Part shown: one piece after another, positions 63,701-64,000 of the stretch
Numbering within the stretch: the first letter of the stretch is position 1
How the letters are laid out: each line of letters starts with the position of its first letter
Virus record (IMG/VR): IMGVR_UViG_3300014204_000016
Coordinates: 6,669 to 70,668 of that record
From: a virus
Lineage: Duplodnaviria; Caudoviricetes
DNA: 64,000 nt
Strand: one strand, 5' to 3'
Position numbers and translations under genes: made by a program
Notes under the pieces: model-generated
What the model saw: only the letters and a program-made list of their open reading frames with translations
Told to the model about the DNA's origin: nothing
Database searches by the model: none

Positions 63701-64000
63701 CGATACAGGGACATATTCGGACGGGCCGGGCGGTCCATTTCTTGCGCCGGCGGCACCGGGGGGGATTGTGGAATCTTATGCCGGTGAACCTCGGCGCTTT
63801 GCCTCTACGCCTACAGTGTTGGTTATGCCTTTATACATTCCAAAACGTACCGTTGGGCCGCTTGGGGCGGAAGCAACAACGGGTGTGGCTTCATACGCAA
63901 TTCCGGCAACATTATCGGCGCTGTCATTTCAAGGTTACTGTTATACGGACGGTGAAGTAGGAATACAATATGGTTGGTTCTATTGGGTAGCAATCGGGGA
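60714..64000 (+). CDS. tail tip/baseplate hub protein, more than 1095 aa, 3' truncated (absent from ORF track)
   Basis: ATG directly after the previous TAA. The frame was read open at both ends, and no shorter ORF appears in the track, implying no internal stop. Ends ...GWFYWVAIG. Confidence 0.8.
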   Translation, partial: MRGNIVDNYKFIRGCMRPEVDFTVYDFANAPGGDGVVTFPDIYLDNVRDMAGNLIPDGTIFHGSIQCAPGWGGVVTVQTIGLPGGDVLLRSNYPGTSWIPYGIPCVNIPMEPAGGWGSGYGFIDSITIPAEPFVTSTTFRCRKNRSGKLRKMCVRAFINFSGTHDKWAIDYLGGPAYCTFVNIPYSGYTHYHAKIVRYPFDPTHKYTVEFYDDMGNFCYGTSDLLDYGTPYTQFELQEYIGGTATNGTISINVPADPGADVLFETTVVRWTVDDQSPNPIDYFDISPYFKGSFRITGTENEAIASKSIQRKVNMTLDNTDNIFDYKVFQAAYNPLLVPPALNGPYDTEIYTQTGGATGAGKKLGNIRAGRFAVVQDGIYDDASASWIWRDKFRGRLGDPQYSRVDNTVQITLDDETAYYRKIKTETDVYINKTFEYIFADQAERRLGFTSANIVVPTTNISAPFVYMPDYGETVFDALIKLAEAVGGNIDLTEDGKIVCSSRLADGDATYLWNTGLMQDDCRTLADNTVDNVVDIQGSSILYNQQIINRVTITSKPYKISQTSEKVWKFKAFYDDTLAKNTGWLQPNHYFGDVWAQNLVCTGTTGKGPVKLISRSNLFDTTLVNKSVMMTITQVPPAAPPGFIRATFVYEGTTFANILVPADATTGYDIGAVFVALSGAWIILESAANITVGDQAELQLGIKFYADFGSSFRVMPNRGGAITPPNDYMTFAIVSSIRDSAVPANDWKLERTANSTNNTVTVPATDGRVVMALDPSISGATNYETQNIFYANSQSGDAFAKVPILIVNKDTLPRYVNSFEIFGRRIVEQSNMVVDVKATDLVIEAFGGEQLLTIDNNFISKPTDQEKLAKFIIDNYSAPRDIPQVTMKHPRPFLQVGDRVKNIDNYTGVEREFVINDIDETYTSENVQMVLKLREADAGNGAYDPTGSFSESIVINLVDYTKLETTVDTTKGATSTEVKRDIYNMRGISYHGRQFNFDTGTYSDGPGGPFLAPAAPGGIVESYAGEPRRFASTPTVLVMPLYIPKRTVGPLGAEATTGVASYAIPATLSALSFQGYCYTDGEVGIQYGWFYWVAIG

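Noticed and set aside
536-63960. Numerous antisense or nested ORFs in the track (e.g. 2925-3362, 17123-17668, 45075-45599, 51091-51825)
   Set aside because: They are shadows of longer, motif-bearing genes on the other strand or frame and have no RBS or recognisable motifs.
1-64000. Diversity-generating retroelement or retron
   Set aside because: No reverse transcriptase motif (YxDD in an RT context) and no template/variable repeat pair differing at adenines was seen. The fibre repeat differs at all base types.
1-64000. tRNA/rRNA genes and self-cleaving ribozymes
   Set aside because: No T-loop GTTCRAATC with cloverleaf was found. The GATGAG words at 24714-25026 lack the CUGAUGA...GAAA hammerhead core. 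tRNAscan and Infernal were not run.
1-64000. Stop-codon reassignment
   Set aside because: Genes tile the genome densely under the standard code, and TAA, TGA and TAG all end genes at coupled junctions.

Overview
The window is a 64-kb segment of a tailed dsDNA phage, probably a long non-contractile-tailed siphovirus with an anaerobic bacterial host (inference). No host housekeeping genes, integrase, tRNA, CRISPR array or reverse transcriptase were seen. Layout: (i) 1-11156 (+) recombination/repair block: SbcC/Rad50, Topo-VI-A/JetD-like toprim protein, YkgJ-like Cys cluster protein, RuvC-like resolvase, MmcB-like nuclease, minimal PolX and many small Cys-rich ORFs. (ii) 11153-23340 (-) leftward, probably early, operon: HTH, SNF2 helicase, an AAA+ ATPase three-gene module and small unknowns. 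It is depleted of GATC and ends in a compositionally extreme AT-rich leader (about 22400-24300). (iii) 24300-25200 divergent non-coding control or possible terminus region. (iv) 25300-29705 (+) lambda O/P-like replication genes with iterons, a run of genes joined by an identical 23-bp junction, and a NUDIX hydrolase. (v) 29700-30015 three tandem sigma70 promoters, two making tiny terminated transcripts. (vi) 30015-36720 a fibre/spike operon displaced from the tail genes. (vii) 36780-40300 ASCH, two-CW and unknown genes. (viii) 40417-64000 morphogenesis: GpA-type terminase, portal, protease/scaffold, major capsid, neck, tube, frameshifted chaperone, 2233-aa tape measure, duplicated distal-tail domain and a tail-tip gene running off the end. 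All family assignments come from motif recognition by eye; no database search was run.
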